From Mustelus asterias (taxonomy: Eukaryota), in the NCBI RefSeq assembly GCF_964213995.1, contig NC_135807.1, forward strand, positions 73,284,001 to 73,348,000: DNA of 64,000 bases, in the 5' to 3' direction. Below are positions 37,346 through 49,640 of this stretch, one piece after another. Both the position numbers and the translations under genes were made by a program. The notes under the pieces were generated by a model. The model ran no database searches. It was not told the DNA's origin and worked only from the letters and a program-made list of their open reading frames with translations. Each line of letters starts with the position of its first letter. Position 1 is the stretch's first letter.

Positions 37346-38899
37346 CTCTTTTAAACTTGCCTCCTCTCACTTTCAATCTATGCCCTCAAGTAATTGACCC
37401 TTCGACCCTGGGAAAAAGACTCAGACTGTCCACTTTATCCAAGCCTGTCCTAATCTTATAAACCTCGACCAGCTCCCCCCCCATCCTTTCATGCTCCAAT
37501 GAAAACATCGCTTGTCACAGACCTCCAGTTAGAAAAGTATCCTTCAACTGCTACTCTCTGCTTATGATGCCCAAGCCAGTTTTGCATCCATCTTACTAGC
37601 TCACCTCCGACCCCATATGACTTCACCTTCTGTATCGACCTGACATGAGAAACCTTATCGAAGGCTTTACTAAAGTCCATGTATGCAACATCCACTGCCC
37701 TGCCCTGGTCAATTTTTATTGTTAACTTCCTCAAAGAACTCAATCAAGTTTTTGAGACACTACCTCCCCTTCGCAAAACCATGCTGCCTATTGCTAATAA
37801 GCCTATTCGCTTCCAGATGTGAGTGCATCCTGACCCTAAGAATCTTCTCCAATAATTTCTCCACCATTGATGTAAGGCTTTACAGGCCTGTAATTTCCCA
37901 GATTGTCTCCCCTGCCCTGCTTAAACAGAAGAACAATGTTGGCTTCTGTCCAATCCTCTGGTACCTTGCCCATGACTAAAGAGGATACAAAAATTTTGGC
38001 CAAGACCTCAGCAATTTCTTCCCTCAGCTCTCTCAGTATTCTGGGCCTGGGGACATGTCCACCTTAATGTTTTTCAAAACCTCTAATACCTCCTCCCGTT
38101 TTATCTCAACATGTCCTCGAATATCAACATCCTCCTTTCTACACTCACCATCCACCACATCCTTCTCCTTTGTGAATACTGATGCAAAGTACTCATTAAG
38201 GTCCTCACCCACCTCATGTGGCTCCCCATACAAATTCCTTCTACTTTCCGTGAGTGGACCTACCCTTTCCTTAACTACGCTCTTCCTTCTTATATAGGCG
38301 TAAAAAGTCTTGGGAATCTCCTTAATCCTGCCTGCCAAGGACATTTCACGGCCCCTTTTTGCCCTCCTAAGTCCCTGTTTAAACTCTTTCCTGCTCTCTT
38401 TGTATTCCTCAAGAGCCTTATCCATTTTCAATTTCCTGAAATTTATGTATGCCTCCTTCTTCTTTTTCACTAAGCTCACAATCTCTCTTGTCATCCAAAT
38501 CTTGCTATCTTTATTCTTCATTTTTACTGGGACAAACTTGTCCTGAATTGTTAACAACTGACTTCTAAAAGATTCCTACATATCGAATGTGGATTTACCC
38601 TCAGACAGCTGCCCCAGTCTCCCTAGCTCCTGCGTAATACTGTCCTAGTTAGCCTTCCCCCAGTTTAGTGCTTTCACTCTGGGACAACTTCTATCCTTTT
38701 CTACAAATATCTTGAAACTTATAGAATTGGGATTACTGTTCCCAAAATGGTCCCTCACTGAGACAGCAATCACCTGTCCAGGTTCATTTCCCAGAATCAG
38801 GTCTAAGACAGCCCCTTCCCGAGTTGGACTACCTACATATAGCCTCAAGAAGCACTCTTGGACACACTGAATAAACTCTGCTCTGTCCAAGTCCCTGAC
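37346..38899 (-). mobile_element. CR1 ORF2 fragment with internal deletions
   Basis: ORFs 38645..39004, 38033..38557, 37489..37743 (YMDFSKAFDKV). Confidence 0.9.
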
Positions 38900-39033
38900 G
38901 TGTTGGTAACGTGTGAGTCCACACCAGTCTGGCTGCAGGCATGGCATGAGAGCTACTGAAGGTTTTATAGTAAACTGTTTCATCATTCCTACACAATCTA
39001 GCAATCTTTACATTGTATTGGGAGTTGGCCAAG

Positions 39034-40260
39034 ATGGCACAAGGACTTTGGCACATTGACCCGCTCATCTTCGATGAGAATATCGTCGACAACTGTAAAG
39101 AGTTTGAAAAGGAATGGTGCGTATACTGCCGTGTTGGTCTCTCCAATAAATTGAAGGAAGCACAAGTACACATGTTGTTCAACCTAGCAGGCCAGAGGTG
39201 GTTTAAAAATCTGCATCCTTCATCTTCCAAGGGGAGGAAGAAGTCCTTGAGATGCTGTTAAAAACATTTCTGCAGATATTACCTCTCTCTCACCCACCTC
39301 CCCCGTTCCCCCCACATCTTCATCTGTCACAGCTTACCCTCTGATTTCAGCTTCTTGGCCGTTTGGCAATTTACATCTTTTATTCTCTCTATAAACTGCC
39401 ATTAGCAGCCTTTTCCCCTGGTTACTGTGGTTACGACTCATCTTTCATTCCCTCACCCTGCAGTATAAATATCTCCAACTTTCTATGCCTTTTAGCTTTG
39501 ACAAAGGGTCATCTGGACTCAAAATGTCAGCTCTTTTCTCCCCTTACAAATGCTGCCAGACCTGCTGAGATTTTCCAGCATTTTCTCTTTTGGTTTCGGA
39601 TTCCAGCATCCACAGTAATTTGCGTTTATTTCAGCAGATATGCTGGTCTGTAAAAAATCTCATCATGGACAGAAACATTTTAACACCACTAACCAGAAAC
39701 TTGATGAATGGGTGCAATCATAAGCCTTAATACTGAAGATTCCAGCAAAAAACTGTGCATTCGGAACTCTCACCGATGAACTAGTAAGACAATTGCATAG
39801 TGTGCAGAATACACAGCGGTGTGGCATACAAGCAGTTTCTCTGAGAAAATAAGCTCACGTAGGAATCTGCCATTTGTATCTGCAATGCTAAATGAGCAGT
39901 TCGAAAGGAGCACCAAGGAATTAAGGAAAGAAACTTAAGTTTCCTGAAAATAGAACATACCCTGCCTAAACTACAGTGACCAACGCCCACAAAAAAGAAG
40001 CACGTGCATTTAGCGCATTTAGTAAGTGTTGCAATAACTGTGGAAAATGGAATCACTTTGCCAAGTCAAAGCCACAGCAACTTGCCACGACCACAAGTCA
40101 ATTTGCAGCTGGCTATTCCCCCAAGGTTCAGAACATGAACAAAGTGAATGAGCTGCAGGTAAATCAAAACAACCAAAGCTTCAAAACCCGTAAAACATTC
40201 GACTCCAAGAAAATATTCACAACATTGCTCAGAGCAATACCAAATTTAAAAGTTAAAATC
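39034..40260 (+). pseudogene. Decayed Gypsy-type gag
   Basis: MAQGLWHIDPLIFDENIVDNCKEFEKEW..LFNLAG; zinc knuckle remnant CNNCGKWNHFAK (39976..40383). Confidence 0.65.
39280..39627 (+). mobile_element. Penelope-like pLTR remnant (family B) with hammerhead motif
   Basis: AGCT-TTGACAA-A-GGGTC-atctg-GACTC-aAAA-tGTC-AGCT at 39494-39532; 14-bp TSD atttc(t/a)gcagatat (39266-39279, 39628-39641). Confidence 0.7.
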
Positions 40261-40267
40261 TGGAGGT

Positions 40268-41150
40268 TAGGGAGACAAGCAATGGTGGGGCTGGATCACA
40301 GGAAACAGGCAATGGTGGGACTGGAGCCTGGGGAGACAGGCAATGGTGGGACTGGTCTGGGGAGACAGGCAATAGAACCATAGAGCCATAGAAACCCTAC
40401 AGTGCAGAAAGAGGCCATTCAGCCCATCGAGTCTGCACCGACAACAATCCCACCCAGGCCCTATCCCCGTATCCCTACATATTTACCTGCTAATCCCTCT
40501 AACCCTCATATTTACCCACTAATCCGTCTAATCTATGCATCCCAGGACACTAAGGGGCCAATCAACCTAACCTGCCCATCATTGGACTGTGGGAGGAAAC
40601 CGGAGCACCCAGAGGAAACCCGCGCAGACACGGGGCGAATGTGCAAACTCCGCACAGACAGTGACCGAGCTGGGAATCAAACCCAGGTCCCTGGAGCTGT
40701 GAAGCAGCAGTGCTAACCACTGTGCCACCGTGCCGCAATGGTGGGACTGGAGCCTGGGGAGACAGGAAATGGTGTGACTGGTCTGGGGAGACAGGAAATG
40801 GTGTGACTGGTCTGGGGAGACAGACAATGGTGTGACTGGTCTGGGGAGACAGACAATGGCAGGACTGGAGCCTGGGGAGACAGACAATGGTGTGACTGGT
40901 CTGGGGAGACAGGAAATGGTGTGACTGGTCTGGGGAGACAGACAATGGCAGGACTGGAGCCTGGGGAGACAGACAATGGTGTGACTGGTCTGGGGAGACA
41001 GACAATGGCAGGACTGGAGCCTGGGGAGACAGACAATGGTGTGACTGGTCTGGGGAGACAGGAAATGGTGTGACTGGTCTGGGGAGACAGACAATGGCAG
41101 GACTGGAGCCTGGGGAGACAGACAATGGTGGGACTGGATCCCAGGAGACA
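40268..41150. repeat. Minisatellite with 29- and 31-bp unit variants
   Basis: ggggagacagacaatggtgtgactggtct / ggggagacagacaatggcaggactggagcct, interrupted by a SINE. Confidence 0.95.
40374..40734 (-). mobile_element. HE1-type V-SINE inserted in the minisatellite
   Basis: Matches 29-382; 5-bp flanking repeat gcaat (40369-40373, 40735-40739). Confidence 0.9.
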
Positions 41151-41234
41151 TGTACATCAGGGTCAGAGAGGGCAAGGTCTTCAAAGCCAGGGGAGGTTGA
41201 GATTTTTTGTTGTTTTGATAGCACCGGGAGGAGA

Positions 41235-41410
41235 CAGTGACTGAGTGGGTGAGTGAATGAATGTGTGGGAGTGAGTGGGTGAGTGACAGAGTGAGTGGGT
41301 GTATGAGAGTGAATGCAGGTTAGTGACAGAATAAGTAGGTGTATGAGAGTGAGTGGGTGTGGGAGACTGAGTGGGTGTATGAGTGGGGGTGAGAGACTGA
41401 GTGTGTGGGT
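41235..41410. repeat. Degenerate (gagt/gtgg)n simple repeat
   Basis: gagtgggtgagtgaatga... low complexity. Confidence 0.8.
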
Positions 41411-42399
41411 CGGGCTTGGTGTGAATCTACCTTATGCCTAGTGTCAGTTTTCTCACTCTCTCTCACCACTACACACTAACACGCACCCACATCTTCCACC
41501 CATATACACTGACTCTTCAAAATTCAGGTCATTTTTATTGTTTATACTTTTTAATGCAACAGTTCATTGCTATGACATTGTTTCACATTTGTCCATCAAC
41601 TGTTTCTTTCCTTAAAACCTCAACTTTTTCTGATATTCAGTTCGTTGTTGTGCCAAACATTATCCTTCCAAAATCTGCTCATCTGTCCCTCTAGTGAGAG
41701 AACTATGCAAATGTGGCCCAGCGAGTGAAAAGGCTGGACAAGCCTGGACCAGAAAGTGCAAAAAGGGTAAAGTGCCAGTGATAAACACTCTCTATTTGAA
41801 TATATGCAACATCCGTAACAAAATAGTTGCATTGTTAGCACAGATAGGAATCTGTATGTATGACCAATGGCCATTACATGTGAGTCATACATGGATGTGA
41901 ATAATACACTCCCAGATTGGGTGCATTCCCCATGGTGCCAAGCGTAATATCGGGCATGATGATGCCAAGCAGTTGTTTGCAACAATACCTCATGTTCAGG
42001 GATAAAAGTTAGAAACCTGCTCACGTTGTTCAAATTTCAATTTAGAAAGTAATTAAGGTAATTAAGGACTCAATTGAGAGCAATAATATGCTTTGAAGGC
42101 AATAATACGCCTTCAGGGTGAGAATCATGCCGTGTGGGGAATTCATGTTTTAAAGGTCCAGCTTGTTTGGGGAGTTGAAAAACTTCAGCCGAGAAAAGAG
42201 TTAACACATCAATGACTGCAGGGAGCGCTCATTCCAAAGAGCAGACTATCCATTTTCTGATCATTTGAGCTGGAAGCCTTTCCTCTGACGTGGAGGACTC
42301 TTCTGAGTACCAGATTTACTCCTGGCCATTCCCAGGACTATAAGGTCTCTGAGACAAATGGACATTGTGGCCTCTGTTGGAGACCTCTGATTGGTACAG

Positions 42400-42880
42400 T
42401 GGTGTTGCTTCTTGCACCAGTTAGTTGCCGTATGATCCTCGGCAGCAGCTTGGCATTGTTCTTTGTGCCTCCCTGCATTTTTACTCTATCCATCTGTGTT
42501 TGTCTTTCCTGCAGTTCTTCTTCACTTTGTCAAGTCTTCAGTACTTTTCATTGTTTTCCCCTCTTTGCTCCATGTTATTTTTATGGTCCCTCGTGTTCTT
42601 TGTCAACTTTCCTTCATCAATCAACTTCCACATTGAGAAGAATCTATTATTCTTTGTTGATTTCTCTCCTCCATCTAACGGTAACTTCAGCACTCTCCTT
42701 AATTCCACTTTTGAAGATTTCCCGCTGTTCCTCGATGTTCCCAAACAGCATATTTTGCAGTAGACCAGGCAGAAACTGTCCACCATGTGCTTGTCTTTCA
42801 GTTTTCCCGTTACAAAAGGCTGTTTGGGCTTTGTGGTCACTGCCTCCTTCAGCTTCAGGTGGATCTACCAAAGAGAGTCC
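42400..42880 (-). mobile_element. RTE LINE linker-region fragment
   Basis: PFVTGKLKD...WKLIDEGK...KKNCRKDKHRWIE, typical of the RTE APE-RT linker. Confidence 0.6.
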
Positions 42881-43044
42881 CCAGGCTGATTGGAAAATGA
42901 GGAGGGTGGAGTGTGCAACTAGTACACTCAACCCATAAAAACTCATCACTGCTGCAGAACAAGCAAGTCGCCTTTCTGACAAACTCTGACAAAGAGAGGA
43001 CAGCACATTCAAGGAGGTGTGTATAATGGAACTGGATGGGAATA

Positions 43045-43357
43045 GGGGTGGCGCGGTGGCACAGTGGTTAGCACTGCTGCCTCACAGTGCCAGGGATCCG
43101 GATTCAATTCCGGCCTCTGTCTATGTGGAGTCTGCACGTTCTCCCCGTGTCTGCATGGGTTTCCTCCAGGCGCTCCCGTTTCCTCCCATAGTCCGAAAGA
43201 CATTCTGGTTAGCTGCATTGGCCGTGCTAAATTCTCTCTCAGTGTACCCGAACAGGTGCCAGCGTGTGGCGACTAGGGGATTTTCACAGTAACTTTACTG
43301 CAGTGTTAATGTAAGCCTACTTGTGACAGTAATAAATAAACTTTAAAACTTTAAAAA
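43045..43357 (+). mobile_element. V-SINE with alternative tail, full length
   Basis: HE1-type head; tail gtacccgaacaggtgcc...gactaggggattttcacagtaac...gcctacttgtgacagtaataaataaacttt. Confidence 0.88.
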
Positions 43358-43389
43358 ACTGGTACTTGACAAGCCCAGTCTTCACCACC

Positions 43390-44105
43390 AAAAACATCAC
43401 CAGCACTTAGAATATCTGAACACTCTTTCATTTTGGAAGATGTCCCAGGTGCTGCAAGATGTGTGGACCTATTGACTTGACATCTTAGGCATCAGTGAGC
43501 TAGGGTGGACAGGCCAAGGATGAACCAGTGTTGAAGGCATGACGAACCTGTACTTTGGGCAAGAAGAACATCAAATCCATGGAGTTGGCCTCATACTCAA
43601 CAGCACAAGCATTAGTTGGGTGGAAGCCAGTAAATCATTGCTTCATCATTATCATAAAAGTTTACACACCAACAGAAGCAAACACAGAGGAGGAGAAAGA
43701 TGTTCTACCACCAATTGCAGGACACACTGGATGAGGTACCCAGCTATGATATCAAGCTACTGATTGGTGACCTCAATGCTAATCTTGATGGCAGCCAGGG
43801 AGGAGCGAACAATGCGATTGGGTCCCATCAGTCAGCAGGCATGCGCAACGGCATTGCTGAGTGTCTAGTGGCCTTGGGGTCAGCATTGGAAATATCTTCT
43901 TCAAACACAGGACACCCACAAAAAGGCATGGTAGTCTCCACCCTGAATGAAATTTACTATATTTGCATCAGTAAGAGATGGAGGATATCCCGACAAGATG
44001 TCCAGATATGTTGAGGTGTTGAGGTGGATTCTGACCACTACCTCGTGTTAGGCAAGATCCACCTGAAGCTGAAAAAGGCAATGGTCGCAAAGACACAGCC
44101 GCCAT
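43390..44105 (+). mobile_element. RTE LINE APE endonuclease fragment
   Basis: LDILGISELGWTGQG; FYHQLQDTLDEVPSYDIKLLIGDLNA; SDH motif (tctgaccac, ~44030). Confidence 0.75.
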
Positions 44106-44693
44106 TCTGAGTGCTACACAAGGTAAAGACAAATAAGACCATTTTAACTCAACCACTTAGAAAAATGTACAGTTCACATCCTCTCCCATCACATTGTGCA
44201 ATTGAGCCTTAAGGGACTCCAAGATTTTTGGTGCAGCACCCTGCATGGAGGTCCATTCTGAGTGTTACTCACTCTTTGTGCAATGAACACCCTGACATCA
44301 TTTCTGGAATGAAAACACAGTTGTGTGCACATTTGGTAGAGAAGAGTAAAACCCAGTAGTGCTTGGTGCAGTCCAACCAAATCAGGTGATGGATAACCAA
44401 GTCTGTGCTACTGGAGCGCAATCTGGAGCACATCCATGGCACCATAGGGAAAATCGCTGCAAATTGGAATAATAAGTGTAGGAATGCAGTGGGCTTTAGG
44501 GAATTCAATAGTCATGGGCTTCTTCATGAAGAAGCATTTCTTCATGGTGTATTGTCTTCCTGGTGCCAGGGTAAAGAACATCACTGGACAGGGAAAGGCA
44601 TTGCCCAAAGTACAGGTTCGTCATGCCTTCAACACTGGTTCATCCTTGGCCTGTCCACCCTCTTACTCCAGAGACATGTGTTAATGAATCTTG

Positions 44694-44816
44694 ACTCACC
44701 TGATGAAGGAGCAGTGCTCTGAAAGCTCGCGATATGAAATAAACCTGTTGGACTTTAACCTGGTGTTGTGAGACTTCTTACTGTGCCCACCCCAGTCCAA
44801 CGCCGGCATCTCTAGA
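44694..44816 (+). mobile_element. Penelope-like pLTR 3' end (family A)
   Basis: aaataaacctgttggactttaacctggtgttg...ccccagtccaacgccggcatc; 12-bp TSD taatgaat(c/a)ttg (44682-44693, 44817-44828). Confidence 0.7.
44696..44732 (+). ncRNA. Minimal hammerhead ribozyme motif
   Basis: TCAC-CTGATGA-A-GGAGC-agt-GCTCT-GAAA-GCTC-GCGA: stem I TCAC/G(C)GA with one mismatch, stem II GGAGC/GCTCT, palindromic AGCT helix III. Confidence 0.55.
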
Positions 44817-44829
44817 TAATGAATATTGG

Positions 44830-45260
44830 AGCAGTAAGATCACTTGATTAATGCGTAGCTAGGGAAATAGTGCAGGATAGGGTTTTTTAGATTTCTGGAG
44901 TACTGGGAGCAGCACTGGGCTTGACGGGAACTGTATAAGCATGTCACAGAGCTAGGACCAATATCCTCGCAAGGGGATTAATTGGTCACTTAGGGAGGGT
45001 TGTAATTAATTCAGATAGAGGAAGGGCACTAGGATGAAGCATTAGAAAGGGAATGCAATGTGGACAGAGGACTTGGAGAAACAAACAGTATTAGTTCATA
45101 AGTATGAGCAATCAATTCAGGAGAAATGTGGAGTAAACTAAGATGGATTTTGCAAGTGCAAGAGGAATGGGACTAATTGAATATCTCTGTCATAGAGACA
45201 AATCAGGTTTAATGGGCCGAATGGCCTCCTTGTGCACTGCATCATTCGATAATTTTATGA
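44830..45260 (+). mobile_element. Very old CR1 remnant (ORF1 end + 3' tail)
   Basis: ggaccaatatcctcgcaaggg...tagggagggttgtaattaa resembles the ORF1 end; tail atgggccgaatggcctccttgtgcactg. Confidence 0.5.
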
Positions 45261-48200
45261 AGCTATTTGAAGATGTCAGTGTGTTGTTTGATCTGAGTTG
45301 CAATTTGAATGTGTTCCCTGTTGGAATATTTGCATAATAAGCAATAATGATTGGTGACTTTGCATTGGCCAGCTGTGAATATGGGACCGGTTGCATCTTT
45401 GGATCTCATGCATCTTTGAGCAACCTAAATTGTTCGTTGGATTGGTCCTACTTTGACAGTTTCTTTAACATGTCACCTTCTTCTGCCTCTGTTCTCTGAT
45501 GCTGGCGATCTTGCACATCCATTGACCCTATCCAACTCCTGCCAAATAAACTACATTGTGGTGATGGTGACAGGGAGTACCAGCTAGACCAACCTTCTTC
45601 ACACCCACCATTCCCATCAGCACTTCAACTTCAGTCGCCATCATTCAGGTTTTAAAATTATTCTTAATAAAATTCATTTTCAGGGTGTAGAGATTGCTGG
45701 CAAGGTTGGCATTTGTTGCGAATCTGTGTGGCTCTGAAAAGGTGGTAGATCTGCTACACATAATAACTTGCTATAACTAAGGGGTTTGCTTGCCCACTTT
45801 GGAGGTTAGTTAAAAGTCAGGACTGGAATTTTACATAGCCTAGAACAGGTGCAAGCAACAAGTTTCCTTCCCGAACGGACATTATTGAACTAGTCGGGAT
45901 GTTACGACAATCCAATGGTTTTATTGTCACTTTTACAGATAACAGCTTTTTCAAATGTCCTTTGTTTTTGTGCTTGTCCACTGACATCATTCATTGCCTC
46001 TACATTTATTTTGCCAGCTACTCTTTTTACCTCCTATCGCTCCTGGAAAGATTGAAGCATACTTTTAAAATATCTATAGCCCGTTAAAGGCTGCTGACCT
46101 GCATAATCTTCTACCCTCCTACTCTTGGTTAGCTCCAAGCATCAGACCCAACGTGAACTGAGAGCTGACTACTGATCTGGAGAGATTCACATGCAAAGCT
46201 CTTTGATATCGAGAACAGTCTTGCCAGCTATTGTTACCTAATTCAGCATTATTGCCTTCACTCAGCCACCTGCAACTGAAATACAAAGCTGCATGCTGAA
46301 AAACATGTATTTCTTTTTTTGTGTAAGCTATACAATGGGTTCTAGATTTTATTCATACGAAAAATGATCACAGCATGGAATAGAATCAAAGGGCTGATCT
46401 TCTCGCTGGTAGCACTGCTGTCTCCTTTGTTTCAGCCAGATTTGCTGTTTCCCAGCTGCTTTTGCAAATGCTGGTCTTGCCAGGTGGTTTTCAAAGCAAG
46501 ACAATAGGCTCATTGTACAGGCTGTAAGCTACTAATGGGAAATAACGAATATGATATACAAAGAAAATCACATAGCTATCATAGTTGGCAAATATTGTGA
46601 TATTTCCTATTGCAAATATAGCCTGTTTACAGTTTATACCAATCTTCTACATCGAAGTTAGGAACACGGTTTTATTGTATGCCTTCCCAAGATTACTGTG
46701 ACAAGAATCGGAATAACGTTGCATTGTTGAGTTTTTGAATGTCTTGCGAATGAGAGACTTTGTGCATATGTGCCTCAGAGCATCTTGAGAGAACAATCTC
46801 ATTTAGTGTAATAATATTTTTGCTCACTGACTCTGCCATTGGCTCATGATGTGTCATGTTAAATGCAGTGATATAGGCGCAGTAGCCAAGTTCTCAGGAT
46901 TTTGTTATCACAATGAATTTTGGCCTGGTCAATATTTCAACAGGAATGAAAACTGGGAGCCAATTGGTAAGTTATCTCTTTGCTGTCGCACCATTTGTCC
47001 ACATATGTAATAATAACGACATGAAAATTTGGCTGACATCTCTCTTTCAAGATCCAAAAACTTTGTATCGAGCCTGATAAACACATGCTGTACCGTCTCC
47101 TGAAATAGTAGCTTAATGCCTTTGATTCCTATCTGTGCATTTCACCACAGATTACATAATCCATGCATGTGCACCTTTTACAGAAGGGTGTGGATATCAA
47201 TGTGACCTGCAGAGATACAGATGTCCTAAGATGATATACATTCACAGTAATTCTTTCTAGCCTGGAATGCCAACAAAAATACTTCATTGGGATTTCATCA
47301 ATCAATTGGCATGTTGTACATTAAAAACAACATGCTAAATTGAATCAAGTTATACATCTTAAAAAACTAAAAGAAAACTTCCTGTTGAGGCACTTTGTAG
47401 CCTATTCTGTGCAGCAATCCTAAGACTGCTTCATCGAAAGATGTTAACATTACGGCTGCCAATGGCAAATCTTAAGACATTTTCTTTAAAAATGTTCAAT
47501 TATTTTTTCAGAAGAAGACACAATACAGTTACAGTGTACAGTTACAAAAAAGTCAGGATTTGACTAATTGGGTATGTAGTGCTCACCAGAAGTCAGAGTT
47601 TGGTTCACTTTAGTTTCATTTGGACTTGGGTAGAGGGGAAACAATCTCAAAGTTTGCTGAAAAAAGTACTCCTACATTGGTATCAATGAGGACGACTGCA
47701 AAAATGGGGAAATAATGCCAAATTGCTGAAGAGTACTCACAATCTTGTCAACTCACAGTTTTCTGAGTTTGGAGGTGAGTATCTATATTTTACTCAATTG
47801 CATAGTTTACAATGGAACAATGCTAATCTGCTTTTGAAATAATGACAGCCAGCCATAAACATATTGGTCCTCCCAAACTACTACACCTTGTTACATATTT
47901 GAGGTGTTCCTCCATGAGAATGGAGACCAGAAATGGTAGGTGTAGAGTTATCAACATGATCAATGGCAAAAGCCAAAATTAATAATGTGAGTATGAAATA
48001 TTAGATTATGTAGTAGTTGCGCATAGTACAGTAAAAGGAAAGAGATTAAGAACATAAAGTTCACTTTTGTATGTTCTCTCGAAATTCCTGTTACAATCTC
48101 TGTAGAGATTGATAACTTTTAAAAAGCAAAATTTCAATTGTTGCCTGAAAGACTGATCCAGCAAGATTTCACACTTTGAAACTTTTACTGTAACAAAAGA

Positions 48201-49640
48201 CTACAAAAACCTATTGACTAAGCATCATTTTCTTTTTGTAGGCAACTTATACTTTAAATTACAGAGCAGAGATTCCACATTTAACTTGTAGCAAGACAGA
48301 CAATCTCCTGCTATAGTTCTAGATTATGCTGTCCCTTAAATGGGTACTTCATCCTTCAGGATCCACTCTACAATTATTCTCAGCTCCTGATGGCTTTACT
48401 TTCCCTGCCAGATAACTTCTGATTCTAGATTGACTTTCACTGTGAGGGTTACACTGGAAATTCCATCCCTCTAGCCCAAGCTAGGCAAATCTCCAAACCT
48501 CTTCAATCTAAGCACAAGCTGCCAACCACATCTTGCATGGTGAACAACCCAGTCAGTACTTTGTCTACTTCAGGTGCAGGACTGATTGCCTTGTTCAACT
48601 GCTCTTTGCCTTTTAGATCAATGCAGATCACTCCAAACCAACACTTTCTGTTCCGTGATAGTCATTAATTTGTCGGGAAACCTATAACCTGATCCCTAAA
48701 ATTGCTTCCTCTGCTCTCTTCCCAATAGCAACACAAAACACATTTGCTGGAATTTTCCAGCTGTTTACTCCAGCGAGACCTTCTGGTCTTGTCAATGGTG
48801 CACCCCGGCTATGGGTTCCCCAGTGGTGATGGGTACATTCAACAGGAAACCCCATTGACAGTGGTGGGACCAGAAGATCCTGTCACTGTTCAGATGGATA
48901 TAAAAGATCCCATGACACCATTTGGAGAAGGGAAGTTATCCCCAGTGTTCGAGCCAGTACCTGTCTCTCAATCAACATCATAAAAAATAGATTATCTGGA
49001 TCTGTAAATGTTGACAGAATATGAATATTAGTCTTTGATGCTGACACAACTGGAGCAGTAAAATTTATTCACTGATAATTCAATGACTGCTGCATTGTGT
49101 CCAAGGGTAAATATCTTGCACCTTCTCCTCAGGAAATCGTTCTAAACCTTCCTCTGACCTCCAGCCATGCCTACTGACAGGCAGACTTCAGAACTCTGTC
49201 ACATGACCGCCTTCATTTACTCTACATTTAAAGCAGGTCAATCTGCATGGTTTAAATTTGAAAAAAGCCAGGCAGTTAAGTGTTCCAAGTTGCGTTCTCC
49301 TTGGCAACGCCTCCACCAATCAGAGTTCATTTTCCAAACAATCAACACACTCTTCTCACGGACTATAAATTGTTGTTCCCCCATAGTGTTGGAAATTTCT
49401 TGTGAGCTATCCTGATACGTACAAGGTGATAGCATGTCTCCTTTTTCCAGCAGAATTTTTGAAAAACTACAAAAGACCTTGCATTTATTTAAGCACCTTT
49501 AATGCCCTTTGGATTTCCCAAACTGCTTCATAGACAATTAAGTTCTTTTTATGTACAGTATCTGCTGTAAGAACAAAGAACAATACAGCACAGGAACAGG
49601 CCCTTCGGCCCTCCAAGCCCGTGCCGCTCCCTGGTCCAAA

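Noticed and set aside
40562-41224. 200-220 aa ORFs
   Set aside because: Translations of a stop-free minisatellite fused to a SINE.
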